DNA of 64,000 bases, taken from Octopus sinensis (lineage: Eukaryota). The position numbers and the translations under genes were made by a program. Positions 1 to 13,200 of this stretch are shown piece after piece. The stretch's first letter is position 1, and every line of letters starts with the position of its first letter. Location of the stretch: NCBI RefSeq assembly GCF_006345805.1, contig NC_042997.1, positions 100,440,001 through 100,504,000 of the forward strand, written 5' to 3'. The notes below the pieces were generated by a model. The model was not told the DNA's origin. It did not search any database and saw nothing but the letters and a program-made list of their open reading frames with translations.

Positions 1-800
1 TGGCTCGACAGGTTAACACAAGCATGGTATATTGCCAAGGGTCTTGGTCACCTGTCACTGCCTCCATGAGGCCCAATGCTCAAATGGGGCTTTTTGCATG
101 CCAGTCAAATGACACTGGCATCAGCCACAGCTCCAATTTCACTTGGTTCAACTGGCCTTCACAAGCATAGCATATTGCCCAACCACTGAAGGGTGCTTTT
201 AACAGGCTAGTTATGTGACACTGGCATCGGCCACAACTACGATCTTACTTGGCTTGATGATGCTTTTTACATGCCACCAGTATGGGTGCCAGTCAGGCGG
301 CACTGGCATCGGCCATGACTACAATTTCACTTGGTTCAACTGGCCTTCACAAGCACAGCATATTGCCAGGAATTGAAACCACAATTCCTGGACTAGGTGA
401 TGTGTTGTGTTCTCAAGAAAAACATTTTATTTCACTTTGCTCCAGTAAACTCAGCTAGTAAGAAAGGGTGATCATGTGACAGACTGGCATCTTGTTCAGG
501 GAGGAATATACATGCCAGAAAAACTGGGCCTATGCTCCTTACAGAGTAATGTGGACTAACCGCGCACGCGCATGTGTGTGTATGTATGTATGTATGTATA
601 TGAGGCAGTGCTCCAGCATGGCCATAGTCAAATGACTGAAACAAGTAAAGGAAGAAAAGTATACACACATACAAACTTGCACATGCATGTGAGCACACTG
701 GGGAAAAACAAGGTGGAAAAAATACTACTCAAATACCAAAGATAAAATAATACAGTATTTTGTTGAAACTAAAAAGACAGACTCCTGTTTTGTTTCATAC

Positions 801-886
801 CTTGTTATCAATTTCTTATCAAAACGTCTTTCATATTGTGCAGCAATAGCAAGAGATGCAACAAAACTGCAGTCAGATACAATAGT
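801..886 (-). CDS. CAPN7: CAPN7 coding exon 9 (catalytic cysteine)
   Basis: tatacag|ACT ATT GTA TCT GAC TGC AGT...ACA AG|gtatga; TIVSDCSFVASLAIAAQYERRFDKKLIT. Confidence 0.95.
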
Positions 887-3800
887 CTGTATAAATTCAA
901 AGAAAAAAAATATTTAATGGTAAAACATAATATCAAGTAACATGAAAGGTACTAAAAACAAGCAAAACTTTAATAAGTCAGAAATACCATCAAATGATCT
1001 TTAGCTAATAGTATCAAATTAATCCTTTGTGTCACATTTTATAATTTGTAGAAGAGAAAAATCAAAGTAGTTAAAGAAATTCTTTCTTCCCTAAAGGGAC
1101 AGGTGTAGCTAGGTGATTAAGAAGTTTACTTCCAAACCACATGGATTCAGGTTCAGTTCCACTGTGGCACATTAAGTAAGCGTTTTCTATAACAGCCCTG
1201 AGATGACCAAGGCCTTGTGAGTAGATTTGGTAGACAGAAACTGAGAGAAGCCTGCCACATCCAGAAATTATTTCAACCAACTCCTCCCTTCATAAATTTT
1301 CAACACATGAAACATGTTTTTTGCGAAGTTTCTAATTTCAAGAAATTGATTGGAATTGTAAAAAAACAACAACAAAAAAATTACGTCTGTAAGTGCGAAA
1401 TATGCTGTTAATAAGATCATAATTTTTCAGACTTTTAACTGCATGTTTAGAGAATACCATATTTTCCAAATATTTATATTTATAATATGTTTTAACTGGT
1501 TTCATTTTTCACTGTCACCAGGTGTCTTGTTTATGGATGTGTACATATGATGAAGGCACATGGCTCAGTGGTTAGAGCATGGGGCTCACAATCATGTGGC
1601 AGTGAGTTTGATTTCCACACTAGGCTATGTGTTGTGTTCTTAAGCAAGTCACTTTATTTGACATTGCTCTAGTTCACTCAGCTGTAGTTGCAACATCACT
1701 GGCAGCCAAGCTGTATTGGTCTTTACCTTTCCCTTGGGTAACATTGGTGGTGTGGTGAGGGAAGACTGGTATGAATGGGTGACTGCTGGTCTTCTATAAA
1801 CAACCTTGCCCAGACTTGTACAATCCCATAGTCATTTATGACCAAAGAGGGTCTTTACCCCTTCACATAGTATGATACTAGAAACGAACTAAGAGCCATG
1901 GTTTAAAAGCTAAAAGTAATAACATTTTTATGCATTTTGGTCTTTATATATGCACAAGTGGTCTAATGAATAAGAACAGCATTATTTTTAGTTTACTCTT
2001 TTACCTGTTTCAGTCATTTGACTACGGCCATGCTGAAGCACCGCCTTTAGTCGAGCAAATCAACCCCAGGACTTATTCTTTGTAAGCCTAGTACTTATTC
2101 TATCGGTCTCTTTTGCCGAACCGCTAAGTTACGGGGACACAAACACACCAGCATCGGTTGTCAAGCGATGTTGGGGGGGGGGGGGGCAAACACACACACA
2201 CACACACATATACGACGGGCTTCTTTCAGTTTCTGTCTACCAAATCCACTCACAAGGCTTTGGTCGGCCCAAGGCTATAGTAGAAGACACTTGCCCAAGG
2301 TGTCACGCAGTGGGACTGAACCAGGAACCATGTGGTTGGTAAGCAAGCTACTTACCACACAGCGACTCCTGTGCCTATAAATAAATGTTAATAATTTTTA
2401 TGCTCTCTGGTGTTATTTAGTCAAACAAATCAATCTCAGGATTCTTTTTTAAGCCTGGTATTCTATCGGTTTTGCTGAAGTGCCAAGTTACAAGGACATA
2501 AATACACCAACACTGGTTGTCAAAGAGTGGCGGGGGGGGGGGACACAGACCCAAAGATACAGACAGAGGCTTCTTTCAGTTTCCATCTACCAAATCCACT
2601 CATAGTAGAAGTCATTTGCCTGAGGTGTCATGTAGTAGAACTGAACCCAGAACCATGTGGTTGGGAAGCAAGCTTCTTATCACAGAGCCATGCATACATA
2701 TATATTTTTTTTAAATGTTCATCTCTAACGATTATAATTATAATCTTAATAAAATATTTGCTTATACAAATATTTTTCTTTTTAACAATTCTTCAACATG
2801 ATAATAGAAATGCGAAGCAATTGCTTCAAAAATCATCAAAAATAGATTTTAAGGATCTAACCTGACGGATACTAAAACTAGAAATGGTATATATCATTTT
2901 TGGATTATCACAGAATTCTTCTGGTCGAGCCCATCTTGCAAAATTTTCTAATTGTTTTGGAGATAGTGTCAGTTTGCCATGCTTATCACTGTAGATTAAA
3001 AAAAAACACAAATGACAGGTTAATTAGAGAAAGATTTTACAAATACATGTTAGATTACAAGAAATATTAAGTCTTTCATCACACATGTTTGTAAAGTTAA
3101 ATGTGCAACAGAAAACAGGGTAAAAATATTATTAGAACTTGAGATGGTAGAAACTTCAAGGAAAATATGGCTACTGTATTAGAATGTTAAATTACATATG
3201 TAAAATCTTTTTCATTTTCTGGACTTCAAATAATTTTTAGAGCAATAATTTTACAGTGGATGATTTTTAAATTTCAACCAATATACCAAATAATGGGATT
3301 ATGACTTCTAACTAATAAAGGTTGTTTAGCAGCAATTTAGATTATTCTATGTACTAGAATTACAGTTAATTTCATGATGTCAGATTTTTATTCTTTTATT
3401 TATTTATTTACTTTTTATTTTATCTAGTTTCAGCTCACGAGCTGTGGCCATATGCTAATTATATTTTTGGCATGGCAAGTGAAATTAAGAAAAACAAAAG
3501 TTATACTTACGTCATTGGTAGAGGAAAAGCAAATCTTTCTAATTTATCAACTGACATAAATGGAACATATTCCTTTTTGTTAATGAAAGAAGAATGCCTG
3601 AAAACAATAAGTAAATAAATAAAAATTTACAACATGCTGAAAATTAACAGATAGTTCAGATAGTTGATACAATCCAGGATAAGTGGAACTGTATCAATGA
3701 CCAGGTCACAAATATGAATAAACTTCTGTGACCTGACCATAAAAATTCAGTATACTTCATAGTAAACAATACTATTAGAAAAATACATAAAAGTGTGTTT

Positions 3801-4204
3801 CTATATGGCTAATGTGGGTCTTTCATGATGCATTTGTTTTAGTTTCAATACATAATCTCAGGTTTTTTTACTCATCAAACAAGAATAACTCCAGAATACT
3901 CTTTCTAATTTTGGTAGAAGGCTAGCAATTTTGAAGAGAGGAGGCAGTCAGTTACATCATCCACCAGTGCTCTACTCTCTTTTACTCTTTTACTTGTTTC
4001 AGTTATTTGACTGCGGCCATGCTGGAGCACCGCCTTTAGTCGAGCAAATCGACCCCGGGACTTATTGTAAGCCCAGTACTTATTTTATCAGTCTCTTTTG
4101 CCGAACCGCTAAGTGACGGGGACGTAAACACACCAGCACCGGTTGTCAAGCAATGCTAGGAGACAAACACAGACACACAATCACACACACACACACACAC
4201 ACAC

Positions 4205-4290
<86 letters not shown>

Positions 4291-7200
4291 TACGACAGGT
4301 TTCTTTCAGTTTCCGTCTACCAAATCCACTCACAAGGCATTGGTCGGCCCGGGGCTATAGCAGAAGACACTTGCCCAAGATGCCACGCAGTGGGACTGAA
4401 CCCGCAACCATGTGGTTGGTTAGCAAGCTACTTACCACACAGCCACTCCTGCGCCTATATGGTACTTTATTTTATCAAACTTGAAAGGATGAAAGGAAAA
4501 GTCAACCTCAGTGGAATTTGAATTCACAATGTAAAGAGCCAAAAGAAATGCCACAAAGCATTTTGTCCAATGTGTTAACAATTCTGTCAGCTCACCACCT
4601 TATAACTTCTGAATATTCAATTCAAATTTTGGGACAAGACAAGCAAGTTCTGTGGAGGGAGTAAGTTGATTACATCGGCTCCAGTGCTCAACTGGTACTT
4701 ATCTTATCAACCCTGAAAAGATAAAAGGCAAAGTCAACCTTAATGGAATTTGAACTCAGAACGTAAATACAGATGAAATGCCACTAAGCATTTTGCCCAG
4801 CATGATAAAAATTTTACCATCTCACTGCTTTAATAATTCTTAAATATTAAAAATATAACATAGAGAAAAAAACATGTGACAGCAAATCATTATTTAAATT
4901 GTACAAATTGTCTATAAGGACAAACATATATTAATGCCTAATGCCAGACCAGTGATTTTTCAAACTACGCTGAAAGTTGTTAGCCTAAGTAACATACGTT
5001 GGTGCAACTGTTACAAAATCTAAATACTGTAAATATTTTGAAGATAATCTGTTGATACTCTTAATGGATAACTGTTGTTGCAGCATTCATTGTTTTGGTC
5101 CTGATCATTCTCATTACATTTTTTAGCTTCTAAAATTTTAAACATCTTATTAATTTTTATTTTTAAGTTGCAATAGATTTATACAAACATTTTGTCTATC
5201 CTTAATGTTCTGAGTTAAAATTCTGCCAAGGTCAACTTTACCTTTCATCCTTTCTCACTCTGCATACATTGGGTGTATGTCTTTTTACAATAGCCTCAGG
5301 CCTTGTGAGTGAATGTGGAAGATGGAAACTGCCTGGAAGCTTGTTGTATATCTATATGTGTATCTTTGTGTTTATCTCCCACCACTGCTTAACAATCGGT
5401 GTTGGTTTGTTTACATCTCTATAACTTAACAGGTTTATCTTTTACTTTTTTCAGTCATTAGACTATGGCCATGCTGGAACACTGCTTCAAAGAATTTTAG
5501 TTAAACATCAACCCCAGTACTTAATTTTTTAAGCCTGGTACTTATTCTATCAGACTCTTTTGCTAAACTGCTAAGTTATGAGGCTATAAACACACCAGCA
5601 ACAATTGTCAAGTGGTGGTGGAGAACACAGACTCAAAGACACACACACACAGATAAATATATATATCATCATCATCGTTTAGCATCCGTTTTCCATGCTA
5701 GCATGGGTTGGACGGTTCTACTGGGGTCTGTGAAGCCAGAAGGCTTCATCAGGCCCAGTCAAATCTGGCAGTGTTTCTACGGCTGGATGCCCTTCCTAAC
5801 GCCAACCACTCCGTGAGTGTAGTGGGTGCTTTTTACGTGCCACCCGCACTGGTGCCAGACAGAGCTGGCAAACGGCCACGAACGGATGGTGCTTTTTATG
5901 TGCCACCGGCACGAGGGCCAGGCGAGGCTGGCAACGGACACGAAACGGGGCGGTGCTGGCAACGGTCGCGAAACGGAAAGTTCTCTTACATGCCACCGGC
6001 ACTGGTAACACATCTGCAATTTCCATTGATCGATTTCCATTGATCGATTTCGATTCTGATCGTCACTTGCCTCAACGGGTCTTCACAAGCAGAGTTTTGA
6101 CATGCCACCGGCACTGGTAGCACATCCGCAATTTCCATTGATCGATTTCGATTCTGATCCTCACTTGCCTCATCACGTCTTCACAAGTAGAGTTTTGTGT
6201 CCCAAGAAGGGAAGGTATGCATACGTAGGCTGGCTCCATCCCATGTAGAAGGCCATATATATATATATACATATATACGACAGGCTTCTTTCAGTTTCCC
6301 TCTACCAAGTCCACTCAAAAGGTCTGTCAGCCAGAGGCTATAGTAGAAGACACTAGCCCAAGATGCCATGCAATGGGATTGAACTTGGAACTATAACCAA
6401 CAGAGACCAATAGAATAAGTACCAAACTAAAAAATAAGTATTGGGGTCAATTTGTTTGACTAAACCCATCCAAGGTAGTGTGCCAGTACCCAGTATGGCC
6501 ACACTCCAATGAGTGAAACAAGTACAAGATAAAAAGATATTCTTAAGAAACTTGTTTAAGGTTCAAAGACATCTATACACTACTAAAACTCTGTGATTGT
6601 TTGCTTGCGTGCTTGTCTGTAATTTAATACAGCCAAACTGGCACATAATGGGAAAATACTCTGAAAGTAAGGTACCCCTGAAATGTGAATACAAACAGAA
6701 CAAAACAAGTTTCACATAAATCAGACCATGGATTCCTGAGATATGCGGGTTTTTTTGGGATACCTTCATAAATAGCCAAACTGGCGCATAATGGGAAAAT
6801 ACTCCGAAAATAATATAACCCTGAAATGGGAACATATAATACTGTGAGAATTGTTTCCATTAATTTTATGTTTACATTATATAACAGTTCCTTTTGCATT
6901 TTTGTAGAAGTGTGCACATATGCCATAAACAAATGCTGTTACTGGAGTTCAAGTTTATTCCGGAAGTTCTATTTCTATTAGATGCTGTAAGTAATCAATA
7001 AAACTTTTAACATGAACTTGTAAACCAGACCTATGATGGCATGACCAAATGGAAATATTTAACTGAATCATCACAAAAGTAAACTTTCATTTCAATGCAA
7101 TGTTGAAATCAGCTTCAATGTTTTATAACCTGAACTGTCAGTGACCCAACAGGTCATGGGTAGTATATGAGTAAAATTATATAAATATAACATCACCTCA

Positions 7201-10200
7201 ATACATTGATTTCCTCTTTACTGTAAACACCAGGTCCAGATATATTGCGGCTTGAAGGTCCAGCAGTAGGGCTTTTCGCTTTGCGTTTCTCATTGTCATC
7301 TTTGAAAGCCCCAAAACCCAAAGGTGGAACAACTTTTCTTGTATGTATATCTTTCAAAACAGTCTTACCAGTACTATGCGTTGTTGGAATATGCTGTGGT
7401 GTTTCTTTCTTACAGCCTTTCAAAATCTCAGCCCTATACAAAATACCAACAAAGAAAATGATGACAAAATACTTGCATTTAAATGTTAAAAGACACCTAT
7501 TAATTTATCAATTAAACAAATAATTACGCAGAAAATCATAAAAAAAAATTAAAATGCTCCCTCTAATACAATATTGTTTTTTCAGAAATTATCTTCCATC
7601 TTCTATAGTTATACATTATCAGCATCATCATTATCATTGTTTAATGTCTGCTTTCTATGCTGGCATGGGTTAGATGGTTTGACAGGAGCTGGTTAAGCAG
7701 AAGACTGCACCAAGTTTCAGTGTCTGTTTTGGCATGCCCTTCCTAACACCAACCATCCCAGAATGGACAGAGTGCTTTTTACATGGCACCAGCAGAAGTG
7801 AGGTCAGTTTTGGTATAGATTTGGATGCCCTTCCAAATGCCAACCACTTTACAGTGTGAACTGGATGCTTTTTACATGGCACCAGCACTGGTAGGGTCAA
7901 CATTGCAAAGTGTTACAAAATAAACTGTCATGAACAAGAAAATAATTATATATTCTTAAAATTAATTCATATATCTAGTTGACTAAATGTTGTTAAGTAG
8001 GGATATTTCAGTGATGTTGAGATAGTTGATGGTTCTTGTATATGGTGTGAAATAGCTGTGATTTTTTTTATTAATATGGTGGTTGCCATTCTAGTTAATA
8101 AATATTCTTGGGAGTTTTCATCTAGTATCAAACAGTTATAAAGTATGTGTTATTCCAATGGTTATGAAATAAGATGCTGTCATTTTATTCTGGAAAGCAG
8201 TACTAATGCCACGAAAACATCATCCATTTTAAAAACTGAAAGCAACTCAGTAAGTTAAATAAGGTAAGTATGAGTAATCAGTAAGATACTTTGATAATGC
8301 ATAAAGGGATAAGAGAAAAAAATTGTTAATTTCTAAGAAATATCTTGCTATACCTGTTCAAAGCCTGCTTGGCAAGATTTGTAACTCGGTCTTGTAAAGG
8401 AACATCACTAGTTTCTTGACGCTGCAACCAGAGAAAAATGTAAATATAAAACAATACTTGATTATCACAAATGTTTTAAACCACTTTCTATACATAATAC
8501 CATGGATTACTTAGATTAGCAGAAAGATGTTCCTCTTGTCAGAATGAAAAAGTGAGCATAAAAACAATGATGATGATGATGGTGGTGGTGGTTGCAATGA
8601 TGATAACTATGATGATGATGATCAATTCTTCCATTAAGATAACACAAATATCTACTTCATTCTTAGTTTTTTTTTTATGCTTTAGTATACATTAAACATT
8701 AAGTAGATGTAGAGAGTAAATATTATAACCCTAGGCATCAGATAAACAAACTGAAGGTATAGTTTGATGGTAGATTATTCAGATCTCATGACAACTGAAT
8801 TTGCCAAACTCTTTGACAGACACAAACTCTTTGTTGCTGACACAGACCATTTCTAGTTACTTTGGATACCAAGTTTTCTCTTTTAGCTATCTCAATATCC
8901 ATCCCTTTGAATCTCTTATAAAATTACAATATTCTTCTTTTATTTTCAGATAGCTAGTTCATAAATCCTTTTATCTTTTTTTAACCACTTCAAGATGATA
9001 TTCTTCAAGAATACTACTTTCAGAAGTTTGAAGAGAATACTGACAGAAATAAGTCAACAATGAATTCAAAAAAGGAAGAAATGACTGAATATCAGAAATC
9101 ACTATTTAAAGCAATTTAAGAGGCTAGTTATATACATATGTGTGTGCATGTGTGTGTATGTATATGTTTGTGTATGTAGGTGTGTGTTTTGGGGAAAATG
9201 TGTGCATGTAATTTTGTGTGTTTATTTACATTTGTGCTATTTGCACTTATCTGAAAATTGCTAAGATATAAGCAGTGGCATCATCATTTTCCCTGTCAAG
9301 AAATCATCTGCTGATTTTTCTTACTTAAAAAACAGATAAGTGCCAGGAAAGACATTCAGCTGTAAAACTATGCCTCAATAATGTATTCATTTATTGTAGA
9401 AAAAAGGACTTTAACCCTTTCATTACCAACCCGGCTGAAACCGGCTCTGGCTCTGTAGTACAAATGTTTTGGTTTCATAAGTTTTGAATTAAAATCTTCC
9501 ACCAAACCTTAGTCACAATTTATGTTTCTAACACTAGCTGAATGATAACTAAGTTATTTTACTAAATTCTTTGTTATATTTAAAGTAATTGAAAGAAACA
9601 CAGAGCATCTAAAAATAAATACAGTAATGAAAGGGTTAACCCCCTAGCATTTAATCTGGCCATATACAGTCAAATATTCAACCTGTTTTATGTTAAAACT
9701 GACCAGATACAAATCTCACTCCTACCCTACAATGCCATTCTAAAAATATATGAAACACACTGTTGAAATCTAGAAGCTACAAGAGAATACATGATTAATT
9801 CAAAACAATGAATAAATAAGCAGTACATTTGACAAAGAAATCTGAATGCCAAAGGGTTAAAAACAAACAAATAGACAAATGGATAGAATGGCCTAAATCC
9901 ATCTCTTATAAAACTCAAAGCTATTAAGATGTTTTGGCAGTATTTAAAAGGCAAGGTTTTCAAATAAATTTAACAGGAAGTGTAAAAGACATGTAGCATA
10001 AAAAATAATGTAAGGAATAATTTAAATAATGCAAATCAAGTAATTAACATCGTAATAAAACAAATAGAGATATTAGACAGAGTGAAAGAATTAAATCTTT
10101 TATGACAACTGTGAATATATTTTACCAAATCCAAAAAAATAGATACAAATGGTCTTACAACTTTAATACACAATTCCACAGCTTGTGTGTACAATTCTAC

Positions 10201-13200
10201 TGCTTCTTCTTTATTTTCCTTTTCATCTTCTTCAAAGGCTTGTTGTACGAGAAATGCCGCTCTCTCTACATCAAACTATAAGAAATAGAAGAAATTTAAG
10301 AAGTGTGAAAAAAGAAAGACGACTGTAGTAAAAATATAAATCTTGATTCATGGAAAATGTCATTTTTTTTTTACACCTTGATATTCTTATTTTCCTATAT
10401 TGAATAAGTTATTTTCTAAGAGGGTTGTAGTGACATATGTCTCAGAATTAATCCTTGAAATTAAGAGTGTTTTCTGATATAGCTAGTAGCTACCTTCAAC
10501 AATGACTATTTTGATGACAAGGAAATATAACTATGTTGCAATTTACTGTATCATATGCAATTACGCAATTCCTATAAAATGTTTTCAAAAATTTTGATAC
10601 TCCTAAATAACATTATGAAGCATCCACTGATGAGTATAAAGATGAGGTAAAAGGGATTACTAAAAGACTTTTGTTTATTTTACCTTTATGATCTTAAAAA
10701 TAATGGTGTAAAAAACTAATGTAAAAGTGACAGACTCAGTATTACTACCAAGAGGTAATATTCATCTCCAACACCAAGACAACCAGATCAAGTGAATTCA
10801 ACCTTCCTTGGTCTCATTGATGATGGATGCTTGACCACTAAAGATAGCAGTGACTCATCTCCCTGCCAGTGATATATAGATAAACAGTGCTAAAACAGAG
10901 GCAAAGTGGTTGAGTTCCTTTTGGCAAGTGTTGGGCTTCCTGGAGGCAAAGTGGCAGAGTTCCTTTTGAGCATTGGGCCTCACAGAGGCAAAGTGGCTGA
11001 GTTCCTTTCAAGCATTAGGCCTCACAGAGGCAAAGTGGCTGAGTTCCTTGTGAGCATTGAGCCTCACAGAGGCAAAGTGGCCGAGTTCCTTGTGATCATT
11101 GAGCCTCACAGAGGCAAAGTAGCCGAGTTCGTTGTGAGCATTGAGCCTCACAGAGGCAAAGTGGCCGAGTTCCTTTTGAGCATTGGGCTTCACAGAAGCA
11201 AAGTGACCAAGATCCTTTCAAGCATTAGGCCTCACAGAGGTAAAGTGGCCAAGTTCCTTTCAAAGCAAAGTGCCAGAGTTCCTTTCAAGCATTGGGCCTC
11301 ACAGAGGCAATGACCAAGACCTTTGGCGTTATGTCATGCTTGAGAAGAAGACCCATCAAGCTGAGCAAAATTGCAGTTGTGGCAGATACTGTTGGCACAT
11401 AAAAGCACCCATTACACTCTTGGAGTGATTGGCGTTAGGAAGGGTATCCAGCTGTAGAAAACCATACCAAATTAGACTGGAGTCTGGTACAGCTTACCAA
11501 CCCTAGTCAAACCATCCAACCTATGCCAGCATGGACAACAGATGTTAAATGATGACAATGATGACTTAAGCATGGCTGCTCTGTTAGAGCAAACTGTACA
11601 GCTGTAGATACTATGAGAGAAGCTCTCATATTGGCCTTTGGTACAAAATGCACATTTGTTTATATCACTAGCAGGGAGATAAATCCCTGCCATCTCCAGC
11701 ACCAAGTGATTTCAACCTTCCTTGGTTTCACTGATGATGGACACTTGACCACTAAAAATAGCAGTGACTCATCTCCCTGCCAGTGATACATAGATAAACA
11801 GTGCCAAAACAGGTGCTGGTATTACAATTATCCAGTGAGCTTGTTGAAAAATATGAAAACAGATTATCCACGTTTAAGTGGGAATAAATATTATCTCTCA
11901 GTATTAATACTGCCTCTCTCGCTAATATATATTTTTTAAAAAGCTCACCAGTGACACCAGTGCCTGTTTTGTCACTGTTATTCTATATATCACTGATGAA
12001 ACCAAGGAAGGTCGAAATCATGAGATCTGGTGGTCTCAATGCTGGACATGGCAAGGATTTATAAACAAGAGTGCATTTTACACCAAAGGCCAATATGAGA
12101 GTTTTTCTCATGATATCTACCACAATACAGTTTGTTCTAACAGAACATCCATGTTTAAGTGGGGATAAATATTACTTCTAATGTAAAAGTATTTCTTCAG
12201 TATGAGTGATGGTAGTGATAACCTGAGTGGAGGCGCAATGGCCCAGTGGTTAGGGCAGCGGACTCATGGTCAGAGGATCGCGGTTTCAATTCCCAGACTG
12301 GGCGTTGTGTATGTTTATTGAGCGAAAACACCTAAAAGCACCACGAGGCTCCGGCAGGGGGTGGTGGCGACCCCTGTTGTACTCTTTCGCCACAACTTTC
12401 TCTCACTCTCTCTTCCTGTTTCTTGAGTAATGCTGCGATGGACTGGCGTTCCATCCAGCTGGGGGAACACATACGCCACAGAAACCAGGAAACTAGGCCC
12501 ATGAGCCTGGCTAGGCTTGAAAAGGGCGAAAGAAAGTGATAACCTGATCGTTTATTTGTAGGGACAAAGAAATTCTGATTCATCCTTGCATAAGAAGAAA
12601 GAAAGTTAATGAAATCTCTTATATTTTGTCTTTATATTTTATCTATTTTATTGTTTTATGTTTTCCCCATACTGGCTTATGTAAGGTAATATTTATATAA
12701 CAATGGAGCACTTGCTTTTACAGTTGTTTGACCTTTCTGTTACTAATCATTCAACCATGATGAACAAGTGAGAGTCAGTTGTCGACTAACCAAACTGAGA
12801 TATGGAGAATCCACTTGATATTCCATGCGTTGTAGTTCCTTATTGTTCTAAGCCACAATAGCAGAAGCATGAAGATTTGAACTCATTAACATTTTGTTAG
12901 TCGTCCAACGGCTTAACAGCTGTGGTTATCATGATCCATCCACGTGTGCATGTGTGAGTGTGTGTGTCATATGAATAGCAAAAAATAATTCAGCAGTATA
13001 ATTTTATATTTGAAAGAAAAACTTTACTTTTAAAATGAAATTAATCAAAAATCAAATTAACCTTTTTATTAATTATAATTTATTTATGGTAATTATAATT
13101 TCAAGATCATAATTTTATAATATTTATAAAAATTTTACATATATTCATTGATCATAAATATTCATAGTTAAATAAAATTTATAATGTATTAATTATTTCA

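Noticed and set aside
4143-4521. HTHT/IYIY-rich ORFs (also at 24492-24821 and 52509-53072)
   Set aside because: These are translations of (CA)n/(TA)n microsatellites.
5720-5756. CUGAUGA plus hairpin on the minus strand as a hammerhead
   Set aside because: The hairpin AGCC-UUCU-GGCU is not followed by GAAA, and the motif is absent from the sister copy at 25810.
5708-6043. Overlapping ORFs here and at 25780-26190 and 63606-63916
   Set aside because: These are GC-richer RTE 3' UTR repeats, open in several frames on both strands.
10901-11310. CRISPR-like regular array / 135-aa repeat protein
   Set aside because: The units are contiguous with no unique spacers, the context is eukaryotic and the sequence appears RTE-derived. 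The ORF follows from a stop-free 42-bp unit.
12227-12300. tRNA gene
   Set aside because: It has A/B boxes but no complete cloverleaf, and continues into a SINE body with a TSD.
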